Source of the DNA: an uncultured Planctomycetales bacterium
GTDB taxonomy: Bacteria > Omnitrophota > Gorgyraeia > Zapsychrales > JAHFFX01
Direction of reading: 5' to 3'
Length of the DNA: 64,000 nucleotides
Assembly (NCBI GenBank): GCA_964464475.1
Contig: CAYXGG010000004.1
Location: forward strand, 4,940-68,939
Made by a program: the position numbers and the translations under genes
In this document: positions 10,333 to 18,385 of the stretch, in pieces
How positions within the stretch are numbered: position 1 is the first letter of the stretch
How the letters are laid out: each line of letters opens with the position of its first letter
Notes under the pieces: model-generated
Databases searched by the model: none
What the model was told of the DNA's origin: nothing
The model's input: the letters and a program-made list of their open reading frames with translations, nothing else

Positions 10333-11952
10333 CTACCGTCTCCCCCCACCTAACAGTGATCCAAGCACCCCGCGCATAATTTGCCGGCCCACTTGGCTGG
10401 CAGCCGAACGCGCCGCGCTTTTAGCCATTGATTCAAAAATAGTATCTTTAGGCCGCCCTGGAGATCGCCGAGGCTGCGGATCATAGCCAGGTTGGGGCGC
10501 GATCACAATACGATCTTCTTGAGAAGAAGGGGCCCGAGGTGATGTCCCGGATTGAGAAGCTTTAAATCGATCTAACTTAGCCTGCTGTTGTGCCTGAGCA
10601 GATTGGGCGGCTTTTTCGGCCTGCTGCTGAGCCTGCTGCTGTTCAACCCGCGCTTTTAAGACCTCAAACGCCGACTCCCGATCAACTTGTTGTTCATAGT
10701 GTCCCTGGACTAAAGAAGTACTGATTACCTCCCGACGCTGTTCAACGGAAATGGGACCGATATGGCCTTGCGGAGGATAAATAAAAGCCCGTTCGACCAC
10801 GCCTGGCGACCCCTTATCATCCAAAAAAGAAATCAACGCTTCTCCGATTTCTAACTCAACAATCACTTTTTCAGTATTGAGATTCGGATTGGCCCGAAAC
10901 GTTTGCGCGGCGGCCTTAACAGCCTTCTGATCCTGAGGGGTGAACGCTCGCAATGCATGCTGCACCCGGTTGCCGAGTTGACCTAAAACTTTTTCAGGAA
11001 CATCCAAAGGATTCTGAGTAATAAAATAAACGCCAACGCCTTTGGAACGAATCAAGCGCACGACCTGTTCAATCTTATCTTGCAAAAAATCTGGGGTGTC
11101 TTCAAAAAGTAAGTGTGCTTCATCAAAGAAAAAAACCAATTTAGGCTTTGCTAAATCTCCGACTTCCGGCAAATTTTCATAAAGCTCGGAAAGCATCCAC
11201 AACAAAAAAGTAGCATACAGTTTAGGCGATAAAATAAGCTTACTTGCCGCCAACACATTAATCATGCCGCGCCCATCGGCCGCGTTTTGCATAAAATCCT
11301 GCAAATTCAGAGCCGGTTCGCCAAAAAACTGCCCACCACCTTGTTGTTCTAGCATCAGCAAATTTCTTTGGATTGCGCCGACACTCGCGGTGGAGATATT
11401 TCCGTACTGCAGCGTCAGCTGCTTTCCCTGCTCGCCAATAAACTGTACCATCGCTCTTAAATCTTTTAAGTCCACAAGCAATAATCCATTATCATCGGCC
11501 ACTTGAAATAATATGGTCAAAACACCCGCCTGGGTTTCATTTAAATTAAGAATACGCGCTAAAAGAATCGGCCCCATCTCAGAAACTGTCGCTCGAACCG
11601 GATGCCCATCTTGACCAAAAACATCCCAAAACATCACCGGAAAGCCCGAATAGGAATGCCCGCTTAAACCCAACTTGGTGACTCGCTCAGCGACTTTGGC
11701 ATTCCCTCCTCCCGGCTGGCTAACCCCGGAGAAATCGCCTTTAATATCCGCCACAAAAACCGGCACGCCTGCCAAGCTAAATTGCTCAGCTAACACCTGC
11801 AACGTCACGGTTTTACCCGTTCCGGTCGCACCAGCAATTAACCCATGCCGGTTCGCCATTTTAGGCAAAAGACAAAAATCTTGAAGTTCACGACGGGCTA
11901 GCGGCAAAGATTGCAAAAATTGACTATTCATCGATTTCCTTTCGAAGTTCAA
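10333..11952 (-). CDS. DUF853-family P-loop ATPase (YjgR / HerA-like helicase domain)
   Basis: Walker [13 protein letters not shown] near the N-terminus; length and Q/A-rich C-terminal tail typical of YjgR/DUF853. Confidence 0.7.
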   Translation of the reverse strand: MNFERKSMNSQFLQSLPLARRELQDFCLLPKMANRHGLIAGATGTGKTVTLQVLAEQFSLAGVPVFVADIKGDFSGVSQPGGGNAKVAERVTKLGLSGHSYSGFPVMFWDVFGQDGHPVRATVSEMGPILLARILNLNETQAGVLTILFQVADDNGLLLVDLKDLRAMVQFIGEQGKQLTLQYGNISTASVGAIQRNLLMLEQQGGGQFFGEPALNLQDFMQNAADGRGMINVLAASKLILSPKLYATFLLWMLSELYENLPEVGDLAKPKLVFFFDEAHLLFEDTPDFLQDKIEQVVRLIRSKGVGVYFITQNPLDVPEKVLGQLGNRVQHALRAFTPQDQKAVKAAAQTFRANPNLNTEKVIVELEIGEALISFLDDKGSPGVVERAFIYPPQGHIGPISVEQRREVISTSLVQGHYEQQVDRESAFEVLKARVEQQQAQQQAEKAAQSAQAQQQAKLDRFKASQSGTSPRAPSSQEDRIVIAPQPGYDPQPRRSPGRPKDTIFESMAKSAARSAASQVGRQIMRGVLGSLLGGGRR

Positions 11953-12184
11953 AGTTAATGGAGCCTCACGGGCAAGCCCGTAATTTTCTGCAAGGGCGGA
12001 TAAAATTTTGAAATTATTATACTCAAAATTCCCATTTAAGGGAAAAACTAACTTAAGAACTTTTTACCCCAAAACAACTCCGCATCATAATTATTAACAA
12101 GCACTTACACTTGAACCATTGCTTTCCCCTACCCTCATGTTATACTTCGGGCAAAGTATTCTTCCGCTCTTTATTGATTTCGAT

Positions 12185-12315
12185 CAAGGTAAACCATTCG
12201 TAAGAATGGGACACAAAGCTACGCGCAATTCCTGAGCTTTTTATCAGCAATTGCCGCCCCGAACGCGGGGAGGGCCCGACTGCAGCAGCATCGCAAGGGG
12301 TAGCCAGTTGCCGAA
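12185..12315 (+). promoter_or_regulatory. Candidate c-di-GMP-I (GEMM) riboswitch aptamer in the 5' leader of the minor-pilin operon
   Basis: Three blocks match GEMM-I (Vc2-type) conserved sequence in the correct order. The first is GGUAAACC followed by a GNRA-capped hairpin CCAUUC-GUAA-GAAUGG. The second is GGGACACAAAGCU (compare GGGACGCAAAGCC). The third is GGGGUAGCCAGUUGCCGA (compare GGUAGCGGGGUUACCGA). P3 carries an insertion. The consensus is recalled from memory, not searched. Confidence 0.5.
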
Positions 12316-12366
12316 TCTAACGACACTTTAATTTTCTTAACACTGTGCTGTGTGGCGCATCTTGTG

Positions 12367-12400
12367 ACCTATTTCTTATTCGAAATAGGTCTTTTTTATT
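12367..12400 (+). terminator. Intrinsic terminator, candidate riboswitch expression platform, 28 nt upstream of the pilin start codon
   Basis: Perfect 10-bp stem gacctatttc/gaaataggtc with loop ttattc, followed by ttttttatt. Confidence 0.6.
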
Positions 12401-12427
12401 AAACCTTAGTTTTGAAGGAATACAGCT

Positions 12428-12892
12428 ATGCTAAAAAAAATATCTCGCAAGTTAAAATATTCAAGCGGCTTTACTCTGCCAGAACTCATGATTTCCTGCC
12501 TTATTATTATGCCGATACTCGTGGGAGGCATTTTTACGTTCATTCAATGCTTAGAGCTGTCCGAATTATCAGGAAACATGTCTACAGCTATTCTGGGAAC
12601 CCAAACGCTCATTTCACAAATCGAGGACTCGGCGTTTAATCAAATCTTTAGCAATTATAACAACACGACCTTCTCACTTTCCGGACTAACGGGAGCAGGT
12701 GTCACCTATGTTGATAACTCCGATCCAGATTTACTAAAAATCACCAACACTTTCTGTTGGCGACAAAAAAGCGGCAGAGTCATCGGAGAAGATAAAAATT
12801 TAAATGGCCAACTAAACGCCGGTGAAGATAGCAACGGCAACGGGATTCTGGATTCTCCCGTACAACTAGCTACTCTTATTTACAATGAATAA
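12428..12892 (+). CDS. Type IV pilus minor pilin / pseudopilin (prepilin-type N-terminal cleavage/methylation domain)
   Basis: N-terminus ...SGFTLPELMISCLIIMPIL matches the prepilin peptidase motif G|FTLxE plus a hydrophobic helix; GAAGGAA ribosome-binding site upstream. Confidence 0.7.
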   Translation: MLKKISRKLKYSSGFTLPELMISCLIIMPILVGGIFTFIQCLELSELSGNMSTAILGTQTLISQIEDSAFNQIFSNYNNTTFSLSGLTGAGVTYVDNSDPDLLKITNTFCWRQKSGRVIGEDKNLNGQLNAGEDSNGNGILDSPVQLATLIYNE

Positions 12893-13673
12893 CCAACGGT
12901 CCCCCTCAGCCGGATTTACCCTCACTGAACTCATGGTGGTGACGATCCTTTCCGCCATTGTGGGGATGGCTAGTTTGATGATGATTGTCTCCGGCCAGAA
13001 ATTACTGACTCACACTGAGCATCAAATCCGCTTACAGGAGAACGCGCGACTCTTTATGCATCGGCTGGCCCGCGAACTGCAGGAATCTGGTCGTGATCAA
13101 AATGGTAATTTAAAAGTAACGATTCAAGACAATACGGGAACCAATGGTTCAGATATTCTACGTTTCTCCGTTCCCATCTGCCCTTGCGGTAGGAATGTCA
13201 TGGATGACAACGGTAATGTGCGTTCATGGGGCGCACCCATCATCTGGGGACAAACAGGGTGCAACAACGATCCTCCCGTCGAGACGAACGGCAAAGTGAT
13301 TATTTGTCATTTACCTCCGGGAAATCCCGGCAACCAACAAACGTTACAAGTTTCCCCCTCTTCGGTGAAAGCGCATTTAGCCCATGGGGACTGGATAGGA
13401 AACTGCAATACCTGTAATCCGACCACCTACACGAATCACTATGTGGAGTATTCCCTTGATGCCAACAACAAGGTTATTCGTAAAATTTTAGATTCAACAC
13501 TAACCACAATCTCGCAAACAACGTTTGCCTTATTGGTGACAGATTTTCAAGTTTCTTTAAACGTCGCCCAAACCGTGGTCACCGTCAACACGACATTTAC
13601 GCAAGCGTCGCAGCAAACGCAAACACAAACGCTGATGCAGACCATCAAAGTAATTTTGAAGAATCGAGGATAG
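12885..13673 (+). CDS. Type IV pilus minor pilin (PilW-like; prepilin-type N-terminal domain)
   Basis: N-terminus SAGFTLTELMVVTILSAIVG; its start overlaps the upstream gene's stop (operon). Confidence 0.65.
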   Translation: MNNQRSPSAGFTLTELMVVTILSAIVGMASLMMIVSGQKLLTHTEHQIRLQENARLFMHRLARELQESGRDQNGNLKVTIQDNTGTNGSDILRFSVPICPCGRNVMDDNGNVRSWGAPIIWGQTGCNNDPPVETNGKVIICHLPPGNPGNQQTLQVSPSSVKAHLAHGDWIGNCNTCNPTTYTNHYVEYSLDANNKVIRKILDSTLTTISQTTFALLVTDFQVSLNVAQTVVTVNTTFTQASQQTQTQTLMQTIKVILKNRG

Positions 13674-13676
13674 CTT

Positions 13677-15371
13677 ATGAAACTACACGCTCAGCAAGGA
13701 TCTATGTATATTTATACCTTAGGGGTTTTCTTTACCATCGCTTCGATTAGCGGAATTTTTCTATTGCGATCCGTTAATGCCAGCAAAAGTACGCAAATCG
13801 CTACCTCTTCTCTAAAAGCTTATATCGTTGGACAAGGCGCCGCGCAGGCCGCCCTCCGACAGGTTGACACTTTAATTAATAGCTATTTATTGACCACTCT
13901 CTCAAACACCAGTCCTAGCGGTGTTATTAATTACGCGACCAGCAAAGTAGCGTCAGGAGATGGTATCGGCTGGCTGGTTTATTCAACTCGCAATAATAAC
14001 GTCGCCGTACTGACTCAAAATGGCGAACAAGCTGAATACAGCGGCAGCGGGACGCTCGCGACCGGAACGTATCAATTCAATATTATTATTACTGAGAAAT
14101 CAGACCCCACCTCGGCCGGCGCCGACGCCTGGGATTTTCCATTTAGCTACAAAGTGTTGGCTCGGGGAATCTCTGCAGGCCAGAGCAATGATATCGCCAC
14201 CAGCGGAGATTTTACCGTGCGCGTCCAGCGGGACAATTTTGCCAAATTCGCGCTTTTCACTAATGACCAAACAACTCCCTCGGGGACTAACGTCTGGTTT
14301 ACGGATAAAACTAATTTTTCCGGCCCTGTGCATACCAACACCCGCTTTAATTTCGCCTTAAATCCCAGCGGAACTTTTACGGACGCCGTAACACAGCATT
14401 ATCAAACCGCACGATTTTATAATAGTGGCTCTTCCCTGCTTTTAGATGCCAGTAGCAACGGCACGAAAGACGTTCCTGTGTTTCAAGATAGCTTTACTCG
14501 GGACGAAGATTTCGTGACCCTTTCTTCAGCCACCCAACAAACCGACATGGTCACTCAGGCCAAAGGAAGCAACACTTATTCAACTAATGGTATTTATATC
14601 CCCAACAGTGGTGGAAATCTAACCGCCGGAATTTATGTTCGGGGCGATAGTAATATCAGCATGTCGATCAACGGTAGTCAACAAGCCGTCTATACCATTA
14701 CCCAAGGAGCGACAACCAAAACTGTCACCGTTGATCGTACAAACAATCAAACAATCGTCCAGGATTCTAGCGGGACCACCACTTATGCTGGCCTTCCCGA
14801 TGGGCAGGATGACGCCGGGACCCTTATTTATGTTGAAGGAGATGTTGATAGTCTGCAAGGAACCGTTCAAGAAGATACTGAACTGACCATCGGCAGCAGT
14901 GCAGATATTGTTATTACCAATCACGTCCAGTACGAAAGTTATACGCCGGGCAGCGGCACACCTGGGACGGTCGGTTACGTTCCGCCTTCCGTGGACAGCG
15001 CTGATAACTTGCTCGGATTGGTTTCCTGGGGCGGCAATGTACGTGTAGGAACCGGCGCTCCGAATGACATCAACATTCACGGCACCGTTATGTCACAAAA
15101 CGGCGTCATGACGGTTGATGATTATAACAACACTTCCGTCGGTCCACGAGGAACGGCGACGCTGTTAGGTGGGGTCATCTCTGATGACTACGGAGCTTTT
15201 GGATTATTTAATAGTTCGACGGGACTCGCTACCGCTGGCTATGGCCGCAATTTTGTCTATGACCAACGCATGCTGGCGGGAAAAGCGCCGCCCTACTTTC
15301 CTTCGTTGGATACGTTTATCGCTTTCACTAATGATATTACGGACAAGTTAGTCTGGCAGGAAGGACAATAA
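13677..15371 (+). CDS. Large PilX-like pilus assembly / putative tip-associated protein
   Basis: 564 aa. N-terminal hydrophobic helix in PilX-N style (MKLHAQQGSMYIYTLGVFFTIASISGIFLL), then a long T/S/G/N-rich beta-type region. Confidence 0.45.
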   Translation: MKLHAQQGSMYIYTLGVFFTIASISGIFLLRSVNASKSTQIATSSLKAYIVGQGAAQAALRQVDTLINSYLLTTLSNTSPSGVINYATSKVASGDGIGWLVYSTRNNNVAVLTQNGEQAEYSGSGTLATGTYQFNIIITEKSDPTSAGADAWDFPFSYKVLARGISAGQSNDIATSGDFTVRVQRDNFAKFALFTNDQTTPSGTNVWFTDKTNFSGPVHTNTRFNFALNPSGTFTDAVTQHYQTARFYNSGSSLLLDASSNGTKDVPVFQDSFTRDEDFVTLSSATQQTDMVTQAKGSNTYSTNGIYIPNSGGNLTAGIYVRGDSNISMSINGSQQAVYTITQGATTKTVTVDRTNNQTIVQDSSGTTTYAGLPDGQDDAGTLIYVEGDVDSLQGTVQEDTELTIGSSADIVITNHVQYESYTPGSGTPGTVGYVPPSVDSADNLLGLVSWGGNVRVGTGAPNDINIHGTVMSQNGVMTVDDYNNTSVGPRGTATLLGGVISDDYGAFGLFNSSTGLATAGYGRNFVYDQRMLAGKAPPYFPSLDTFIAFTNDITDKLVWQEGQ

Positions 15372-15373
15372 TC

Positions 15374-15691
15374 ATGCGCGCGCGATCGTTAATCAAAATA
15401 ATTTTGCTTACCGCCTTATTAGTCGGCTTGGCGGCGGTAATTTATAAAATCAACGCTCATGTTAACAAAGAAATTGAAGAAATGACCGATCTCTCGCGCG
15501 CTTCCGTAGATGTTTCAGCAGCAGTTCCCTTAGATCCTCGATTTGTCGCTCAAGGCAAACTTCCGCAAATAGATCCCGCCAACGATCCCCTGGCTCCGGT
15601 TGAGAAAGTCAAACTTCCGCCCCCACAAAAGATTCGTCCCCTCACCGGAGCCTCCGATTCCATCACAGACCCTTATACGTTAGTACAATAA
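15374..15691 (+). CDS. Small membrane-anchored Pro-rich protein (pilus operon, unknown function)
   Basis: 105 aa with an N-terminal TM helix and a proline-rich tail; its start overlaps the preceding gene's stop (13677-15371). Confidence 0.35.
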   Translation: MRARSLIKIILLTALLVGLAAVIYKINAHVNKEIEEMTDLSRASVDVSAAVPLDPRFVAQGKLPQIDPANDPLAPVEKVKLPPPQKIRPLTGASDSITDPYTLVQ

Positions 15692-15895
15692 ACCCGGATT
15701 TTGCATTTGCAAAATCCCTGCCTGTCGCCATTATCAAACGGCAGACAGGCGCCCAAAGGGCCCCGCCAGGGCGGGGGATAAATACTTTCACCCAGATTAA
15801 TCAAAGGTAGTCAGTCAATTATTGCCGTTTTCCTGGATAAAACGGTATTGCGGTAGCCAATATAGAGCTTTGCTTTCCTTAGAACTACCCTTAAA

Positions 15896-16046
15896 GGAGA
15901 GGGGGAGGCCTGAATCCGGACATCGCGAGGACGAGCGGGCATGGTTCCCCGCCGTATTACAGCGGGGAGAGCGAGGACGAGAGTTGAGCTCGAATCGGAC
16001 ACGCTGGGGTCGATCGAGCGTTCCGGAAGCAGGCCTCCCCCTCTCC
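15896..16046. other. About 150-nt highly structured element (long imperfect hairpin closed by a perfect 17-bp GC-rich stem) in a convergent intergenic region; bidirectional terminator or unknown structured RNA
   Basis: ggagagggggaggcctg (15896-15912) is the exact reverse complement of caggcctccccctctcc (16030-16046). Internal sub-hairpins include ccccgc...gcgggg and a self-complementary UCCGGA pair. The direct repeat gcgaggacgag occurs twice. The element is followed on the plus strand by ttttcgggttt. Confidence 0.4.
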
Positions 16047-16070
16047 TTTTCGGGTTTAAAGATGCAAAGC

Positions 16071-16616
16071 TCAATAACGAGCTTCGTCCCAATACTCGCG
16101 TTTATAATCCTCACGACCTGACGAGTTATGGTAAGAATGGTACCGAAATGGGTTTTTGCAGTAATACTTCTGATGGGCTTCTTCAGCAGGATAAAATGGT
16201 TCGGCTGGTTGAATTTCAGTCGCGATAGGATCGCTAAACCGACCTGAAGCCTCCAGGGCTTCTTTCGAATTTTGCGCGATCTGCCGCTGAGCTTCGCTAT
16301 GGTAGTAAATAACTGTTCGGTACTGTTCTCCTTCATCATAGAACTGACCGTTGACTTGCGTGGGGTTAATGCTTTTCCAAAAAGCCTCAACCAATTGCTG
16401 ATAAGAAATCTGGGTAGGGTCAAACATGATCTCAAGTGCCTCCGCGTGGCCAGTCTCTTCGGAACAAACTTCTTCATAAGTTGGATTGGGAATGCTTCCG
16501 CCCGTATAACCCACTTGAGTGTGAACGACCCCAGGGAGTTGGTCAAAATCCGCTTGCGTACACCAAAAGCATCCTCCCGCGAACGTGGCTTTTTCCAAAT
16601 TGTCAGCTGCGGACAC
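16071..16616 (-). CDS. msrA: Peptide methionine sulfoxide reductase MsrA
   Basis: ATFAGGCFWCTQADF...GYTGG catalytic signature. The likely start is a GTG at 16616, preceded by AGGAGG and overlapping the tag stop; the track ORF extends to 16658. Confidence 0.85.
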   Translation of the reverse strand: MSAADNLEKATFAGGCFWCTQADFDQLPGVVHTQVGYTGGSIPNPTYEEVCSEETGHAEALEIMFDPTQISYQQLVEAFWKSINPTQVNGQFYDEGEQYRTVIYYHSEAQRQIAQNSKEALEASGRFSDPIATEIQPAEPFYPAEEAHQKYYCKNPFRYHSYHNSSGREDYKREYWDEARY

Positions 16617-17193
16617 GATTAACCTCCTGATAACGGAAACAATCCACGGTATGATCATTCACCATGCCCGTCGCTTGCATGTGCGCGTAGATCACCGTCG
16701 GACCCAAGAACTTAAAACCCCGCTTTTTTAAATCCAGGCTGAAAGTTTCGGCTTGCACGGTAATGGCAGGAACCTCGCGCATGGTCTTCCAACGATTGCG
16801 AATCGGCTTGCCACCCACAAACCCCCACATGTATTTAGCAAACGTCCCAAACTCTCGTTGAACGCACAAAAACTGCTGCGCGTTATTAATGGCCGCTTGA
16901 ATTTTCAAACGATTACGGATGATGCCCGGATTCAATAATAATGCCTCAACATCTTTCGTCGTAAACCGAGCTACTTTAACAGGATCAAATCCGGCGAAAG
17001 CCGAGCGATAATTCTCTCGTTTATTAAGCACCGTGCGCCAGCTTAAGCCTGCTTGCGCGGACTCCAACACTAAAAACTCAAAAATTTTTGGATCATCATA
17101 AACCGGCACGCCCCATTCCTGATCATGATAATCTTCGTACAATTGATCACCCGGCTTCAAACTCCAGGCGCAGCGTTTCTTGTGTTGAGCCAT
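16603..17193 (-). CDS. tag: DNA-3-methyladenine glycosylase I (Tag)
   Basis: HDQEWGVP...FEFL.LE..QAGLSW..VL.KR motif and Zn-binding C/H residues typical of Tag. Confidence 0.85.
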   Translation of the reverse strand: MAQHKKRCAWSLKPGDQLYEDYHDQEWGVPVYDDPKIFEFLVLESAQAGLSWRTVLNKRENYRSAFAGFDPVKVARFTTKDVEALLLNPGIIRNRLKIQAAINNAQQFLCVQREFGTFAKYMWGFVGGKPIRNRWKTMREVPAITVQAETFSLDLKKRGFKFLGPTVIYAHMQATGMVNDHTVDCFRYQEVNRVRS

Positions 17194-17209
17194 TAATTAT
17201 GTCCTTAAC

Positions 17210-17809
17210 CTATTTTGATTTTGATGACAGTTCTTTGCGCAGCGCAGGTGGTCTTGATTTCAACGTCACGGACGACGTCTCAGACTTAGCCTTCTTCCAG
17301 AGTCCCAATTTTTTCTCCCGAGCCTGTCGGTAATACTGTTGAAATTTCTCAGCGTGCTTAACGTTAGGGGGGACCGTCAACACGGAAGCATACCCCTGAC
17401 GAACAATCTCTGCATTTAAAAAAGTACCGTCCTCCAAGTAAACGTACGCCAAATCACGCCCATATTTATCTTTTCGTCGCGCGTCATATTCCAGACGAGC
17501 GCGCTTGCCCAACGCTAATTTCTTGGTAAAAAAAGCGGCTTCCTTTCCCATCTTTATCATATCGTCAACATTCTGCCGCGAACGGGAGCTATCCTTTTTC
17601 AATTTCTGATTGTGCTGAGATTCCGGACAATCAATTCCAATCAATCTGATTTTCTTTCCATTGTCCATCCGCAACGTATCGCCATCATAAACTTTCTCAA
17701 TTTTATAATACTTCGCAGAGGCGCTTTTCGCCGCGAAGGCATCAGGGACGACGAACAGGGACAACAATATCCCCAAACTAAGGGTAGAGAGTAAACGCCA
17801 CATAAACAC
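17210..17809 (-). CDS. Secreted thermonuclease (staphylococcal nuclease / SNase homologue)
   Basis: Signal peptide, then YDGDTLRMDNGKKIRLIGIDCPES, the SNase active-site region. Confidence 0.75.
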   Translation of the reverse strand: MFMWRLLSTLSLGILLSLFVVPDAFAAKSASAKYYKIEKVYDGDTLRMDNGKKIRLIGIDCPESQHNQKLKKDSSRSRQNVDDMIKMGKEAAFFTKKLALGKRARLEYDARRKDKYGRDLAYVYLEDGTFLNAEIVRQGYASVLTVPPNVKHAEKFQQYYRQAREKKLGLWKKAKSETSSVTLKSRPPALRKELSSKSK

Positions 17810-17851
17810 AACCGGGAGTGATTGTGAATAACTTAATAAATAATCTACGAG

Positions 17852-18385
17852 CTACTTATCAAAAACTTTGACATCCACTCGGGTCAAATCCGGCTTGGTT
17901 AAAGCGCGATATTTTACCAAGGCCAAATCACGCTTTACCAAATCACCGTCTTTTTCCACCGTGAGACGCACAATGAATTCAAACTTTCGATTATAATTCA
18001 ACATAATAATTTCCGTCGCGGTGACAAAGGCTTCCGGAGAATCCTTTTTATCCGGTGCCCAGACTTGCCCACCGCATTTTTTAGGATCTCGACGATTGTC
18101 ATTTGAAATCATGAGAGTATGCGGACAAGAGGTACACACCTGGGCCGATCCTACCCCAGAACAGTTTGAACAAGGACGAATATCCAAAACATAACCCTCC
18201 GTCCGATAGTCACCGGAAGGTAGCTCTTTAGTCTTCAACTCTTGAATCGTGGCGGCAGGATAATTTTTTTCCGTATTCGCCCAAGCTCGCGCCGAAAAAC
18301 CAAGCAATACCGTCACGAGACAAATACCGAGCAAACATCGGCTGACTGATGCTAAATCAATCTTGAGAAGCTGATAAGGATTCAT
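17852..18385 (-). CDS. Hypothetical secreted Cys-containing protein
   Basis: Signal peptide begins at internal Met (MNPYQLLKIDLASVSRCLLGICLVTVLLGFSARAWA). The CSNCSGVGSAQVCTSCPH cluster suggests a Zn-ribbon-like motif. The track ORF extends to 18463 and overlaps the upstream gene. Confidence 0.4.
   Translation of the reverse strand: MNPYQLLKIDLASVSRCLLGICLVTVLLGFSARAWANTEKNYPAATIQELKTKELPSGDYRTEGYVLDIRPCSNCSGVGSAQVCTSCPHTLMISNDNRRDPKKCGGQVWAPDKKDSPEAFVTATEIIMLNYNRKFEFIVRLTVEKDGDLVKRDLALVKYRALTKPDLTRVDVKVFDK

Noticed and set aside
15896-16046. SRP (4.5S) RNA, RNase P RNA or tmRNA identity for the long hairpin
   Set aside because: The 3' arm has UCCGGAAGCAGGCC, which loosely resembles SRP domain IV (GGUCCGGAAGGAAGCAGCC). 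But no GNRA-capped helix 8 geometry can be drawn, and the motif sits on the wrong arm. The element is too short for RNase P, and the tmRNA 5' and 3' tRNA-like ends are absent.
15815-16546. 243-aa minus-strand ORF (and the 15811-16092, 15822-16121, 15941-16228 ORFs) overlapping msrA and the structured intergenic element
   Set aside because: It overlaps the unambiguous MsrA coding frame almost entirely on the same strand and has no family resemblance. The remainder covers the long hairpin, where GC-rich palindromic sequence creates open frames.
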